Source: an uncultured virus (IMG/VR IMGVR_UViG_3300032676_000987)
Taxonomy: Duplodnaviria; Heunggongvirae; Uroviricota; Caudoviricetes
Reading direction: 5' to 3' (one strand)
Length of the DNA stretch: 63,955 bases
IMG/VR virus record: IMGVR_UViG_3300032676_000987
The translations under genes and the position numbers were made by a program. The notes under the pieces were generated by a model. It searched no databases. It saw only the letters and a list, made by a program, of their open reading frames with translations, and was not told the origin of the DNA. Shown one piece after another: positions 28,740-38,716 of this stretch; the first letter of the stretch is position 1; each line of letters starts with the position of its first letter.

Positions 28740-29090
28740 ATGTCTCCTAATGTAAGTGATATGGTCGGCAAAATCTTTACTAAGGTTTACGCTGACGATG
28801 ATTGTATGGTTTTTGAAAATGCCGAGGAGAGATACACCTTTACGCATGTTCAAGATTGTTGTGAAACTGTCAGAATTGAGGAAATCTGGGGAGATTTGGA
28901 AGACCTTGAACTTTGGCCTCTGCTCGTCGCCGCAGAAGTCAACGGCGAATCTCCGGACTATGAAGGAGAATCGTGCACCTGGACCTTCTACAAATTCGCT
29001 ACCTTTAAGGGATTTGTAGATGTTAGGTGGTTGGGCGCGTCAAACGGGTACTACTCTGAAGGCGTAGACCTTCATCATGAAAAACTTTAA
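28740..29090 (+). CDS. conserved phage protein (HxQDCCE motif)
   Basis: H.QDCCE.V...TWTFY...RW.G.SNGYYSE. Confidence 0.8.
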   Translation: MSPNVSDMVGKIFTKVYADDDCMVFENAEERYTFTHVQDCCETVRIEEIWGDLEDLELWPLLVAAEVNGESPDYEGESCTWTFYKFATFKGFVDVRWLGASNGYYSEGVDLHHEKL

Positions 29091-29104
29091 TTAGGAAAAA
29101 TACT

Positions 29105-29311
29105 ATGGAAGCTCTTATCAAGGCTTTGGTTTTGTTTGTTGTCGCTCTTATTCTAGGTATTCTACTTAGTTGGCCCGCGATGATGCTTTGGAACGGATGT
29201 CTAGTTCCGGCAGTAACCTTTGCTAAGCCGATCGGCTGGATGCAAGCTTGGGGTCTGATGGTTCTGTTCAGCCTCATGTTCAAGTCTACCAACTACAACT
29301 CCAACGATTAA
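29105..29311 (+). CDS. small membrane protein
   Basis: M.LWN...I...QAWGL..L, two TMs. Confidence 0.7.
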   Translation: MEALIKALVLFVVALILGILLSWPAMMLWNGCLVPAVTFAKPIGWMQAWGLMVLFSLMFKSTNYNSND

Positions 29312-29313
29312 AC

Positions 29314-29517
29314 ATGAGTGAGTGCGCGACCAAAATAGAATGTGTTCCGAATGAGGATATCATTCAGTGGTTAGTTAAGCATGTTGGGCCGCGCACTCAC
29401 TACACTGCAAAAAGCATAGGCGGTAAGGGTTGGAGATTTACGAGGTACGGGGCAACCCCTTGGTATCTTGTATTTGACGACGAAAAACTGTTAGTTTATT
29501 TTTTATTGATGAGGTAA
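29314..29517 (+). CDS. hypothetical protein
   Basis: WL..HVG...F.DE....YF pattern. Confidence 0.55.
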   Translation: MSECATKIECVPNEDIIQWLVKHVGPRTHYTAKSIGGKGWRFTRYGATPWYLVFDDEKLLVYFLLMR

Positions 29518-29521
29518 AACA

Positions 29522-29722
29522 ATGTATTTTTTGATTTCTTTGGCTATGCATACTTCAATGGGTAGCTACTCTACGTTGGCTAGCTGTAACGCAGCTATTC
29601 GTAGCATCTACGAACAGAAACTGGATCCGTATCACATGATGCCTAAGGATCAGGTGAAAGCAGCATTAGACTCGCAAATGATATATCTTGCACCTAAAGA
29701 ATATATTTGCACCAAACAATAA
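29522..29722 (+). CDS. hypothetical protein
   Basis: GAGG SD. Confidence 0.55.
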   Translation: MYFLISLAMHTSMGSYSTLASCNAAIRSIYEQKLDPYHMMPKDQVKAALDSQMIYLAPKEYICTKQ

Positions 29723-29787
29723 ATTCGGTTGACACCCGTTTCTCAATTAGCTATAAAGAATCACAAGCTGATTGAAGGAGCTGACAG

Positions 29788-30075
29788 ATGACCGACTTTG
29801 CTCTCACTTACGAACGTTGCAGCGACGAACGCACCGGCGAGCATAACGGGTTCGTTCGTGCTATTGTGTTTTACGGTGACGTGAAAACTAACCATTGGGG
29901 CATTTGTGACATTCTTAAAGGCAAGCATGTCATCGACCTTGAATGCGGTATTCGTGAGCGGGCCGAAGAAGGTCAGTACGAAAATGTGAATCTGGGGCTG
30001 TGGTATGAATTCACGACTAAAGAACAGCCCGATTGTATCAACATCTTTGAAGCCGCCGAAGCGGCTATGGTGTAA
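29788..30075 (+). CDS. early hypothetical protein
   Basis: TTGACA promoter and AAGGAG upstream. Confidence 0.7.
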   Translation: MTDFALTYERCSDERTGEHNGFVRAIVFYGDVKTNHWGICDILKGKHVIDLECGIRERAEEGQYENVNLGLWYEFTTKEQPDCINIFEAAEAAMV

Positions 30076-30077
30076 AA

Positions 30078-30464
30078 ATGGACATGCTCGCTGAAGGCAG
30101 TCGCGTCACGATTAAGGTTCGCAACCCGTATTGGGCTTCGCGTGATCGTGTTGCCAAACATATCGTGATCCCGGAGTTTGTCGAATATACGGGCACGATT
30201 GTTCGTCAATCCTGGCAGAGTGCAGAAGAAATTGGTATTACTTCTGGCATCCCCCACTTTCCCATGCGGCGTATTCTGCGTGAAAACATTGTTGAGGTGA
30301 ACGGGGCGGTGACTGACTACGTGCCAGCAAAGTCTGATAAGGTGACCAAAATCGTTCAAGGATCTAAAGGTAGTACATACATTGTCACTACTGAAAATGG
30401 TAAATCCACTTGTACATGTCCTGGATTCAGTTTTCGAAAAACTTGTAAGCACGTCGAGTCATGA
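30078..30464 (+). CDS. SWIM zinc-finger protein
   Basis: GSKGSTY.V...CTCPGFSFRKTCKH. Confidence 0.8.
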   Translation: MDMLAEGSRVTIKVRNPYWASRDRVAKHIVIPEFVEYTGTIVRQSWQSAEEIGITSGIPHFPMRRILRENIVEVNGAVTDYVPAKSDKVTKIVQGSKGSTYIVTTENGKSTCTCPGFSFRKTCKHVES

Positions 30465-30682
30465 AGGTTACGCCAGCATATCTCGGTCCAAAAACACTAG
30501 ATCGAATTTGGTTAACCTGGTTGGAAGAAAACTATCCAAATGCATCGGAGTTGCGCGGTGCCAAAGTTGGATGGAGGCAATCATACGCTCATGCTAATAG
30601 AAAATCCAATCAGAATATGAAATTTGAACAGTGGTTATTTAATGAAGGAGCCACTGCAGTGGATTCAAGAACAAGTAGATAA
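30461..30682 (+). CDS. hypothetical protein, possibly truncated
   Basis: ATGA overlap; its 3' end overlaps the next small ORF. Confidence 0.45.
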   Translation: MKVTPAYLGPKTLDRIWLTWLEENYPNASELRGAKVGWRQSYAHANRKSNQNMKFEQWLFNEGATAVDSRTSR

Positions 30683-30773
30683 CCACGGCGGTCCAATCAT
30701 CAGGGACTACATCTTTATCAAGTCAAATCCCGTAAAGCATCAGAATGACGATGATGACGAAATTCCATTTTAA
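30642..30773 (+). CDS. 43-aa ORF ending DDDDEIPF (SSB-tail-like)
   Basis: MKEPLQWIQ...QNDDDDEIPF*; no clear SD. Confidence 0.45.
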   Translation: MKEPLQWIQEQVDNHGGPIIRDYIFIKSNPVKHQNDDDDEIPF

Positions 30774-30782
30774 GGAAAATGC

Positions 30783-31016
30783 ATGACTGAACAGGAAGCA
30801 ATGGATAAGTGGTGCCCGCATTCAGCGAAGTATCATTCACATGGCTCATACAACCGAGGTGACTCCGCAGTTACGCCGGCTGGCACACATTGTATAGGTG
30901 GACGTTGTATGGCTTGGAGGTGGATTCAGGATGAGCTAGTGGCCTTTGTTGCTAACGGAAAAACCGTTGTAAGCGAGGGTGAACACGGTTATTGCGGTTT
31001 GGCTGGACCACTTTAA
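30783..31016 (+). CDS. Cys-rich hypothetical protein
   Basis: KWCP...CI...CMAWRW...GYCGLAG. Confidence 0.75.
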   Translation: MTEQEAMDKWCPHSAKYHSHGSYNRGDSAVTPAGTHCIGGRCMAWRWIQDELVAFVANGKTVVSEGEHGYCGLAGPL

Positions 31017-31073
31017 GGATTGACAATATCCAACCGCTTTGATACAATCAATAATCGACTAAGGAGTATTTCA

Positions 31074-31481
31074 ATGACTATGCATCTACTCGGTCCTGCT
31101 TATTCTACGATTTCTTCTAAGAAGCGTAAGAGCAAAGGTGTGACCATTGATGCTAAAGTTGCTACTGACTTTCGTGAACACAACAAGCAACGAAAGCGTT
31201 TGGGCCTCAAGGAACGCACTGTAGATGAATATATTGCTTATCGTCAGGGTAAGCTTAAGTACCAACCCAAAATCATTGAAGAACCTCTCTACGCTAAGTC
31301 ACACATTCGACAAAGTCCTAAGATTCCATCCTACGGCGATCAAGTGGGTTCAGTCGCTGCGAGGACCGAAAATAAGTACACCGGCACGTTGATTACTGGC
31401 ATCGCAACTATGCATAAATCTAATGCAGTTCCGGTAATCAACAAGAATCAAATGGAAGAAATCGCCCGAATGCGGCGCTGA
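31074..31481 (+). CDS. conserved T4-like hypothetical protein
   Basis: YTG..I.GIATMHKSNAVPV motif; AAGGAG SD. Confidence 0.8.
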   Translation: MTMHLLGPAYSTISSKKRKSKGVTIDAKVATDFREHNKQRKRLGLKERTVDEYIAYRQGKLKYQPKIIEEPLYAKSHIRQSPKIPSYGDQVGSVAARTENKYTGTLITGIATMHKSNAVPVINKNQMEEIARMRR

Positions 31482-31616
31482 CCTTCTCTACTATTTTTAG
31501 TAACTAAATCTTTATTAGCACGGAGTGTTTGTGGCTGACTTTGTTTGGCAAGGAGAACTGCGTGCCCTTCGATTGGCTAAGCAATTGAGCATTGCATTGG
31601 GAGTTAAGATTTCACC

Positions 31617-32111
31617 ATGAAAAAAGACCTAGATGAAGAACTGTGCAGGAAGTATCCGTTGATCTTTAAGGATCGGAATGGACCAATGGATCAGACCTCG
31701 ATGTGCTGGGGATTTGACATTGATGATGGATGGTATCCTATTATCAATATGTTGTGCATATCCATTCAAAATCATATCGATCAGGTTCAACGCGACATAG
31801 ATTGGACTATCAAGTTTAATGCTGACTTAGAAACCGCAAAAAATAACAATTGGGAAAACTGGGCGGATGTTTGGGGCAAAGAACCTCGAACCATTCCCGA
31901 TCCGATTGAACAAGTTGTAGCCACGCAAGTCAAAGAAAAGTTTGGTACTCTGCGATTTTATTATTGCGGCGGGGACAATTACATTCGTGGACTAGTTGAT
32001 ATGGCTGAAAACATGTCCGGTGTCATGTGTGAGGTTTGCGGAAGTCCCGGCGATGGCTCCGACGGACCCTGGTTTCGTACTCTCTGTGAGGAACACAGGC
32101 ATACTGCTTGA
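31617..32111 (+). CDS. conserved phage protein
   Basis: QVKEKFGTLRFY...CEVCG.PG motif. Confidence 0.8.
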   Translation: MKKDLDEELCRKYPLIFKDRNGPMDQTSMCWGFDIDDGWYPIINMLCISIQNHIDQVQRDIDWTIKFNADLETAKNNNWENWADVWGKEPRTIPDPIEQVVATQVKEKFGTLRFYYCGGDNYIRGLVDMAENMSGVMCEVCGSPGDGSDGPWFRTLCEEHRHTA

Positions 32112-32161
32112 CACTCAAATACTCCTATGATAATATGTTTAGATTGATAGGAGTATAATAA

Positions 32162-33049
32162 ATGATTAAGATAGCTTTGGCATCGGATCTTCATTTGGAG
32201 ATCGCGCCCATCACCCTTACCAACACCGACGGGGCCGATGTTCTGATCCTATCCGGCGATATCTGTGTAGCTCACTCACTACATGATCATCCCATCGATA
32301 AGCCTGTGCCAGAAGATGCGATGAAGCCTGGCAGAAACCAAGGCGGCGCTGTAAGGTATCGTGAGTTCTTCAAGCATGTGAGTGATGAATATGAGCATGT
32401 GGTATATGTGGCGGGCAACCACGAGTTTTATCATGGTCCCTATCCTGATGTTTATGGTTGGCTGCGTGAAGAATTTACGAACTATCCTAACATTCACTTT
32501 CTTGACATGGACACCGTTGTAATTGACGATGTTACATTTGTGGGCGGAACACTTTGGTCAAACATGAACAAGCGTGATCCTACTACTATGCATGTCATCG
32601 AGGGTATGATGAATGATTTTAGGATCATTCGTAATAGCCGGCGTAACTATGCTAGGTTCAGCCCATTGGATGCTGTGCTGCATCACGAAGCCACACTGAA
32701 TTACATTCAGGAGGTGGTTGAAAGTGATGCTACTAAGAAGTATGTGGTGGTTGGACACCATGCTCCTACATCGCTTAGCATTCATGAAATGTATAAGAAG
32801 GACACCTGGATGAACGGTGGCTACTATAGCGACCTGTCAGAGTTCATCCTAGATCATCCTCAGATAGTCCTGTGGACTTTGGGACATGTTCATAATCCTC
32901 ATAGTTACTATATGGGTGATACCTTTGTCGTAGCTAACCCTCGAGGTTATGCAGGGCACGAACCAAACGCAGCAAACTTCAAGCTACGATTCATTGATTT
33001 GGATAACATGCCGGAGAAGTTTGACGGTGTCAACTGGTCAAGAGATTAA
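32162..33049 (+). CDS. Calcineurin-like metallophosphoesterase
   Basis: SDLH, SGD, GNHE, HH and GHVH all intact. Confidence 0.92.
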   Translation: MIKIALASDLHLEIAPITLTNTDGADVLILSGDICVAHSLHDHPIDKPVPEDAMKPGRNQGGAVRYREFFKHVSDEYEHVVYVAGNHEFYHGPYPDVYGWLREEFTNYPNIHFLDMDTVVIDDVTFVGGTLWSNMNKRDPTTMHVIEGMMNDFRIIRNSRRNYARFSPLDAVLHHEATLNYIQEVVESDATKKYVVVGHHAPTSLSIHEMYKKDTWMNGGYYSDLSEFILDHPQIVLWTLGHVHNPHSYYMGDTFVVANPRGYAGHEPNAANFKLRFIDLDNMPEKFDGVNWSRD

Positions 33050-33708
33050 AGTCTGCCTCGGGTCCATTCGGGTCCAGGGCATTCTCTTGCCATAGTAGAT
33101 TTGATTCCGTTGTTCCACCACTTAGTACCGGCTGCGTGTAAGTTGGGCTTGTTCTTCTTAGGAGATGATAATCTCCCTACGGTATATCCGGCGGGAATGC
33201 CATTACCATGAACCATCATTTCATGCTTCCCGTTATTGATCCAAACCTTTCCTCGTTGTCTATCAGTTCCTATTTTGGCACCAAGGTTGTTAAACTGTAA
33301 TCTACCTGGAACATAACTATCATCTGGTGGTAGTTGCTCAAACACTTGGTTAGTTCCATTGTTCCACCATCTGCGTAGCTTATTTTCCTCAACCATACGG
33401 GGAATCCATTTCTTAAAGTTCTCCGTTTTGCTCGTGTCTCCTCCGTCGCCGGTTTCTGGTCTTAGGTTAGCCCATTCATCACTCTTTACAATATTCCAGA
33501 GTTCGCTGTAGTAGGAGCCCCAGTAAGTCATTTCTTCTTTAGTAGCACATTCTTTGATGATTTCTGTAGTTAAGTCAGTGCCGTGCTTATCAAGATGGGT
33601 TAACCAGCGAGTACCAGAACCACAATAGGTATATGGATCCTTTTCGGTCTTACCAAGATATTGTAAGCCGGTTTTATTGTGGGTCTTCTTGTACAAATAA
33701 ATAGTCAT
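33046..33708 (-). CDS. Free-standing GIY-YIG (Seg-like) homing endonuclease
   Basis: TIYLY.KTH..TGL.YLGKT, Y.GSG.RW, WANL; three WxNNG DNA-binding repeats. Confidence 0.8.
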   Translation of the reverse strand: MTIYLYKKTHNKTGLQYLGKTEKDPYTYCGSGTRWLTHLDKHGTDLTTEIIKECATKEEMTYWGSYYSELWNIVKSDEWANLRPETGDGGDTSKTENFKKWIPRMVEENKLRRWWNNGTNQVFEQLPPDDSYVPGRLQFNNLGAKIGTDRQRGKVWINNGKHEMMVHGNGIPAGYTVGRLSSPKKNKPNLHAAGTKWWNNGIKSTMARECPGPEWTRGRL

Positions 33709-33776
33709 GCTGATGCTCCTATATAGCGTTAGAGTAGTTGGGATTTCCTAGATCCGCGAACTACATCTTTATTTAG
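33709..33776 (-). promoter_or_regulatory. Late promoter plus structured 5' leader of endonuclease
   Basis: TAAATA, then GTAGTT..GGA/TCC..AACTAC-TCTAAC-GCT..AGGAG..AGC-ATG; same layout as 53665-53734. Confidence 0.6.
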
Positions 33777-33846
33777 TCCGTTTTTGTTGACTCATCTGCT
33801 ATTGTTTGTTATATTGCATTCAACTCAAGTTTTTGGAGATTTAACT

Positions 33847-34008
33847 ATGATTATCTGGGAAGCAAAATTAGACGACATCTACGATTGTAAGGTAGTGCGT
33901 CTCACTGAAAGTACTGGTAAACTGACTATGACTGATCAGTTTGACCGAATCTTGCTTGACAAGGAAGTTGAGTTAATGTACGGGGCTGTCTTTGGACCTG
34001 AGTGGTAA
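33847..34008 (+). CDS. small hypothetical protein
   Basis: GGAG SD and promoter upstream; ends abruptly at YGAVFGPEW. Confidence 0.5.
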   Translation: MIIWEAKLDDIYDCKVVRLTESTGKLTMTDQFDRILLDKEVELMYGAVFGPEW

Positions 34009-34022
34009 GGATAAATATTATC

Positions 34023-34373
34023 ATGAATGCAGCACTTCTCTTGTTAGCGTTGGTCTGTTTGGGTGCCGGATACTATCTCGGCACTAGATCCGCGCTAACG
34101 GCCGAACTCACTAAAAATTTGGATCAGTTTATCAAGAGAAAGTCTTCTTTTCCGTTCTGCATTGCAGAATATGAGTCAGGAAACTATTATCTTTATGATA
34201 AAGAAACTAAGGCCTTTTTAGGTCAATCAAGCACAATCGATGGGCTTGCAGCAGAACTGTCAAATACTAGACGGATAAACCTAGCGTTCGTTACTTATCC
34301 TACGGACATTGGATCGAGTAAAATATTTTGGTTCATTAACGGAAAGGCAAAATCAGTAAGCAATGAAAGTTAG
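34023..34373 (+). CDS. membrane-anchored hypothetical protein
   Basis: TAAATA upstream; N-terminal TM. Confidence 0.65.
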   Translation: MNAALLLLALVCLGAGYYLGTRSALTAELTKNLDQFIKRKSSFPFCIAEYESGNYYLYDKETKAFLGQSSTIDGLAAELSNTRRINLAFVTYPTDIGSSKIFWFINGKAKSVSNES

Positions 34374-34887
34374 TCTGGGAAAATTCCTAAAAAACGCTCA
34401 CCGCAAAATTAGTATCGAAATAGATAAATTCGACACTTGGGGGCTAGATCATACTCTAGCCCTCATTATCCTACCTGCGCTTATACAGCTAAAGCAAACT
34501 AAACACGGTGTACCCGGTGAATTTATAGACGAGTCTTGTGAGGATTATTCCAACCAAGCAGTTTTCGATTTCATGAAGGAAGACAAAGATGAAGTCTTTC
34601 AAAAAAATTGCGATAAGTGGGAAGAAACACTAGACAAGATGATCTGGTCTTTTCAACAGATCGCATACGAAGATTACGAAGACAAATATCATCATGGTGA
34701 TCTGTCTCTAGAATGGGAAAAAGTTGAATCTTACACTGATCCTACTACCGGAAAATCTTCACCAACTTACCGATTAAAGAATACCGGAGAGCATTGGCAT
34801 GATTATGTCGGTGCACAAATGCATGAGGATCGAATCCAAGAAGGATTGGATTTGTTTGCCACATACTACCGTTCGCTTTGGGATTAG
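34363..34887 (+). CDS. conserved phage hypothetical protein
   Basis: DTW.LD.TLA.II.P.L, W...LDKMIWSF and GL.LF..YY..LWD motifs. Confidence 0.8.
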   Translation: MKVSLGKFLKNAHRKISIEIDKFDTWGLDHTLALIILPALIQLKQTKHGVPGEFIDESCEDYSNQAVFDFMKEDKDEVFQKNCDKWEETLDKMIWSFQQIAYEDYEDKYHHGDLSLEWEKVESYTDPTTGKSSPTYRLKNTGEHWHDYVGAQMHEDRIQEGLDLFATYYRSLWD

Positions 34888-34925
34888 GTTAATTTTTAGT
34901 CCCATAACCTTCGATAAATAGGTTT

Positions 34926-35694
34926 ATGAAGAAGTTATGTTATATACAAAGCAACTAACACAGTGAATCAAAAGGTTTATATAGGCTTCGATTCGAGGTG
35001 GCCGCGCAGGAAGGCCCAACACAAACACAATGCTAATCGCGGCGCAGAAAGATCAACTGTGTTCTATAATGCTATACGAAAATATGGTTGGGAAAACTTT
35101 ATATGGGAGGTCATATATGAATCGGAAGACGGAGACTATACACTGAAAGTTATGGAAAACTGGTTTATTGTAGAATACAACTCCTATTTCTATTCGGAAA
35201 ACTCTAATGGTTATAATATGACATTAGGCGGCGACGGGACGTTAGGGCACCACAAGTCAAAACACAGCATTGATTCGCAAAAAAAGAAAATGAGAGGTAG
35301 AAAACAATCAGAAAAACATATTAGGTGTAGGACAGAATCCAGGTTAAACAATCCTAATAATCAAAGTTGGCATATCGGAAAAACAAAACACACTGATGCT
35401 AGGATCGCAGTGGCGGCATTAAAAATCAGTGAATCACTTAAAGGTAAGAAAAAATCAGAATTACATAAAGAGGCTATGCGATTGCGGCCGCAGGATACCA
35501 CTGTACTCACTTGTTCCCACTGCGGTAAGACCGGAGACTATAAAAATATGAAAAGGTGGCATATGGATAACTGCAAGACAAATCCAAATAAAAAGCCGGT
35601 TTCGATTAAACAGGTCACATGCAATATATGTGGTATGACAGCGAACGAGAGTCCTAATTTTTATAAACACCACAATGAACGATGCAAGACATGA
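34926..35694 (+). pseudogene. GIY-YIG homing endonuclease with NUMOD3-like and zinc-finger repeats; +1 frameshift near 34935
   Basis: ATG AAG AAG (T) TAT GTT ATA TAC gives MKK/YVIYKATN.VN.KVYIG. Also AIRKYG.ENF, GYNMTLGG and CxxC...H..C x2. Confidence 0.7.
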
Positions 35695-36122
35695 AACCTA
35701 AATTTATAAAGTATTTTATGGAGTTTGCTGAACTAACTGCTACACTCAGTTATGCTAAACGATTGAAAGTAGGAGCCGTAATAGTTAAAGGTGACTCCCA
35801 AATTATTGCTACTGGTTATAATGGTATGCCGGCCGGTTGGGACAATAACTGCGAGATTACACTAGAGGACGGTACCCTCAAAACTCGTCCAGAAGTACTG
35901 CACGCCGAAGCAAATTCAATTAGCAAGGTAGCGTGTAGTACGGAATCTAGTGAAGGTGCTACTTTTTTTTGTACACACGCACCTTGTATCGACTGTGCGA
36001 AGCTCATATATCAAGCCAAAATTTCCACTGTTTATTATAAAGAAAAATACAGAGATGACAGTGGCTTAAAATTTTTGACCCAAGGAGGTATTAATGTCTA
36101 TCAATGTACCGACTGCTCATAG
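35691..36122 (+). CDS. dCMP deaminase
   Basis: VGAVIV, GYNG, HAEAN and PCIDC motifs. Confidence 0.93.
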   Translation: MKPKFIKYFMEFAELTATLSYAKRLKVGAVIVKGDSQIIATGYNGMPAGWDNNCEITLEDGTLKTRPEVLHAEANSISKVACSTESSEGATFFCTHAPCIDCAKLIYQAKISTVYYKEKYRDDSGLKFLTQGGINVYQCTDCS

Positions 36123-36294
36123 CGCCAACGTTACTATTCCATATGGAGAATTAAAACACGTTGTAGAATGGTGTAAACGTAACTGTGAAGCAGAATGGGG
36201 ATTCGACCATGCTCGCAATAATATGTATGAAGAATTTGAATTCCTATTTGAGTCCGAACGAGACTACGTAGCATTTTTAGTTTGGAAAAAGTAA
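36094..36294 (+). CDS. hypothetical protein
   Basis: WC.RNC...F.FESERDY..F; AGGAGG SD. Confidence 0.7.
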   Translation: MSINVPTAHSANVTIPYGELKHVVEWCKRNCEAEWGFDHARNNMYEEFEFLFESERDYVAFLVWKK

Positions 36295-36570
36295 ATGAAG
36301 AAGATACTGTTTCATAGAGAGTCAAACGATTTTACTGATATCCTTACAGATGTAACTCTCAAAAAGCATATCAAAACAAAGGTTCATTTTTTAGGGCATC
36401 TTATCATAGGATTCAGTGATAATGACGATGCGGATAAGATTATAGCATATGCTATGATAAAATTCGGGGACGATGCAATTGATTTTCATCACATCATCCC
36501 CGACAGATCACCTATTCCAAACAAAGATTACGTACCTATTAGAAAAAGTCGTAATCGTACTAGGCACTGA
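36295..36570 (+). CDS. hypothetical protein
   Basis: Operonic ORF. Confidence 0.6.
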   Translation: MKKILFHRESNDFTDILTDVTLKKHIKTKVHFLGHLIIGFSDNDDADKIIAYAMIKFGDDAIDFHHIIPDRSPIPNKDYVPIRKSRNRTRH

Positions 36571-36576
36571 TTCGTG

Positions 36577-37164
36577 TTAGAATGGCATCCAAAGCCATAG
36601 ACCTTGTGTCATCAACACTACACCAATCCCTGCTACAATAAAACTACCCCAAAACAAATCCATACTAACCGCAAGGATGCTCGCTGAAAGAATAACAATG
36701 CTTAGTTGGAATGCAGTACCCGCAAAACCAATCCATGGACTGCGTTTTTTAGCTTCATTTCTTTCTGCTTCTAGCTTGTTTGCCTTAGCCATAAGTTCCT
36801 TCTTACCCTCGCCGGATTTAGGATCGCTTTCGTAACTAGCAGCCTTATCCTGCCATTGCTTAGCAAGAATTTTATTAGGTGTCTGTAGCGCAGCTAATTC
36901 ATACTGTGTTTGCTTAATGGACTTAGCCTCATAAAAATTCCAAACGTCATTCGCAGCGATAGTGTTATTCATTACTGTGCTACTCAACTTTCCTCCGTAC
37001 CAGGCATTTACTGCAAGCAGTAATGCAAACACGTTGATTACCATGCCTGCTTTGTCCTTAATTTTTGCCTCACGTTCTGAACGAGAACCGGGAGGTGGCT
37101 TAGGAGCATTTGGGTCCTTTGTTGTTTTCATAAATATGTTCATTACTGTGTCTATTAGAGCCAT
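36577..37164 (-). CDS. DUF4337-like membrane protein
   Basis: AND.WNFY.AKSIK motif; three TMs. Confidence 0.75.
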   Translation of the reverse strand: MALIDTVMNIFMKTTKDPNAPKPPPGSRSEREAKIKDKAGMVINVFALLLAVNAWYGGKLSSTVMNNTIAANDVWNFYEAKSIKQTQYELAALQTPNKILAKQWQDKAASYESDPKSGEGKKELMAKANKLEAERNEAKKRSPWIGFAGTAFQLSIVILSASILAVSMDLFWGSFIVAGIGVVLMTQGLWLWMPF

Positions 37165-37262
37165 TTGTTTTCCTTATTGTTTTTGGCTATGAAGATCCTT
37201 GACATCAAAGATTCTTCATGTAATAATACGTAATATTTAGTAAGTTTGAATAAATATAATCT

Positions 37263-37817
37263 ATGAAGATCATAGAACTAATAGAAAGTAAGCAATTAGA
37301 CAAGGGTAAACCAACCGTATTTGTGGATATGGATGGCGTACTAGCTGATCTATTCGGTTACGCAGGTGATCTTCACGACGTAGAACATTACAATGAAATG
37401 ACTCCTGATCAATGGGAAACATTTTTCAGAGATTCCAACGCATTTCATCTGTTTAAAAGCATCGGTGTTTTCCCCACTTCAAACGAACTGCTGGAAATAG
37501 TAAAGAAGTTTGCCGGTGACTACGACATTCTTAGTAGCCCACTGAACTTTGATCGGGACGGTAGTATCAAGGGAAAGCGCGAATGGTTGAATAAGAATAT
37601 AACGGTGAAACCAAAACATGTTATATTTGATCATGATAAGGCCAAATACGCTGTTCAGAAGGACGGTACTCCAAACATACTCATCGATGACTATGGCGTA
37701 AATATTCGAAAGTGGATTGCTGCCGGCGGAATCGGAATCAAGTATCAGGCTGACGAAGATAGGTTGGATAAGGTTGTGAGTGGTCTTTGCTCTGCTTTTA
37801 AGGAAACTAGTAAGTGA
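37263..37817 (+). CDS. HAD 5'(3')-deoxyribonucleotidase (NT5C-like)
   Basis: VDMDGVLAD, LSSP, KREWL and LIDD motifs. Confidence 0.9.
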   Translation: MKIIELIESKQLDKGKPTVFVDMDGVLADLFGYAGDLHDVEHYNEMTPDQWETFFRDSNAFHLFKSIGVFPTSNELLEIVKKFAGDYDILSSPLNFDRDGSIKGKREWLNKNITVKPKHVIFDHDKAKYAVQKDGTPNILIDDYGVNIRKWIAAGGIGIKYQADEDRLDKVVSGLCSAFKETSK

Positions 37818-38030
37818 CCACTGAACCTGTATTTAAGATAGAACAACCCAAAAAACCTGTCGGAAAACGATGCGGTAAATGCGGACAAAATACTGTAGTT
37901 CACACTGAAAAGGGCTGGTACTGTTCTTCATGTGACTCTAAGCGATGCGGTAACTGTGACAGTTGCTCATGTTCGGAATAAATATCATAATGACACCCAA
38001 TAATATATTCTCGCAACCCTTGGGATGCGA

Positions 38031-38219
38031 ATGACTACTTCAAAAAATTCAAACGGCGTAAGGTATGAGGTAATCACACAAGAGGACGCTGAGACGGGCG
38101 ACCTCATCATTCCGCTACCTATTCCATTATTAAAACAATTAGGTTGGAAAGAGGGCGATGACGTGGAAATCGGCATCGATGATTCTGGCCAAATATTTCT
38201 TAAAAAGGCAAGCAAATGA
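38031..38219 (+). CDS. AbrB/MazE-like small protein
   Basis: GDLIIPLP..LLKQLGWKEGD.V. Confidence 0.7.
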   Translation: MTTSKNSNGVRYEVITQEDAETGDLIIPLPIPLLKQLGWKEGDDVEIGIDDSGQIFLKKASK

Positions 38220-38713
38220 GCGAAGAAACCGATGACGGTATTTTTACTTCTAGGTTAGATAGTATATTGAACAGTATTAAAGTGACCAGCCCTACACAGA
38301 CGTATGGGTTAAATAATATGAACAACAATCCTATAGGAATGGCTACAACTTTCAGTAATTCTACTATTACTACCGGCGGATATTCTGTAACCAACGGAAC
38401 CACTTACGGAATTAATTGGTCACCTAGCATATATTCTTCTACTATTACTGCGACATCAAGTCCGTATACGGTTTCTACACCAAGTTCAACTTTGTCTGTT
38501 TCGGTCGACGCAGACTTTCAGGGTAAGGTTTCAATTAAAGGAAAATACCTTATTAAAACACTAGAAGATATTGAAGCTCGTTTAGCTATTCTTCACCCAA
38601 ATCCACAACTAGAAGAAAAGTGGGAAGAACTTAAGGCTCTCGGTGATAGGTATCGTGAGCTAGAAAAAGAGATTATCGAAAAGGAGTCGATATGGTCTAT
38701 ACTAAAGAAATAA
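38216..38713 (+). CDS. hypothetical protein (Ser/Thr-rich, C-terminal coiled coil)
   Basis: IE.RL.IL.PNP.LE..W.ELK motif. Confidence 0.7.
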   Translation: MSEETDDGIFTSRLDSILNSIKVTSPTQTYGLNNMNNNPIGMATTFSNSTITTGGYSVTNGTTYGINWSPSIYSSTITATSSPYTVSTPSSTLSVSVDADFQGKVSIKGKYLIKTLEDIEARLAILHPNPQLEEKWEELKALGDRYRELEKEIIEKESIWSILKK

Positions 38714-38716
38714 ATT

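Noticed and set aside
33046..35694. Group I introns around the endonucleases
   Set aside because: Flanking genes are complete and no intron core elements were seen; the endonucleases are free-standing.
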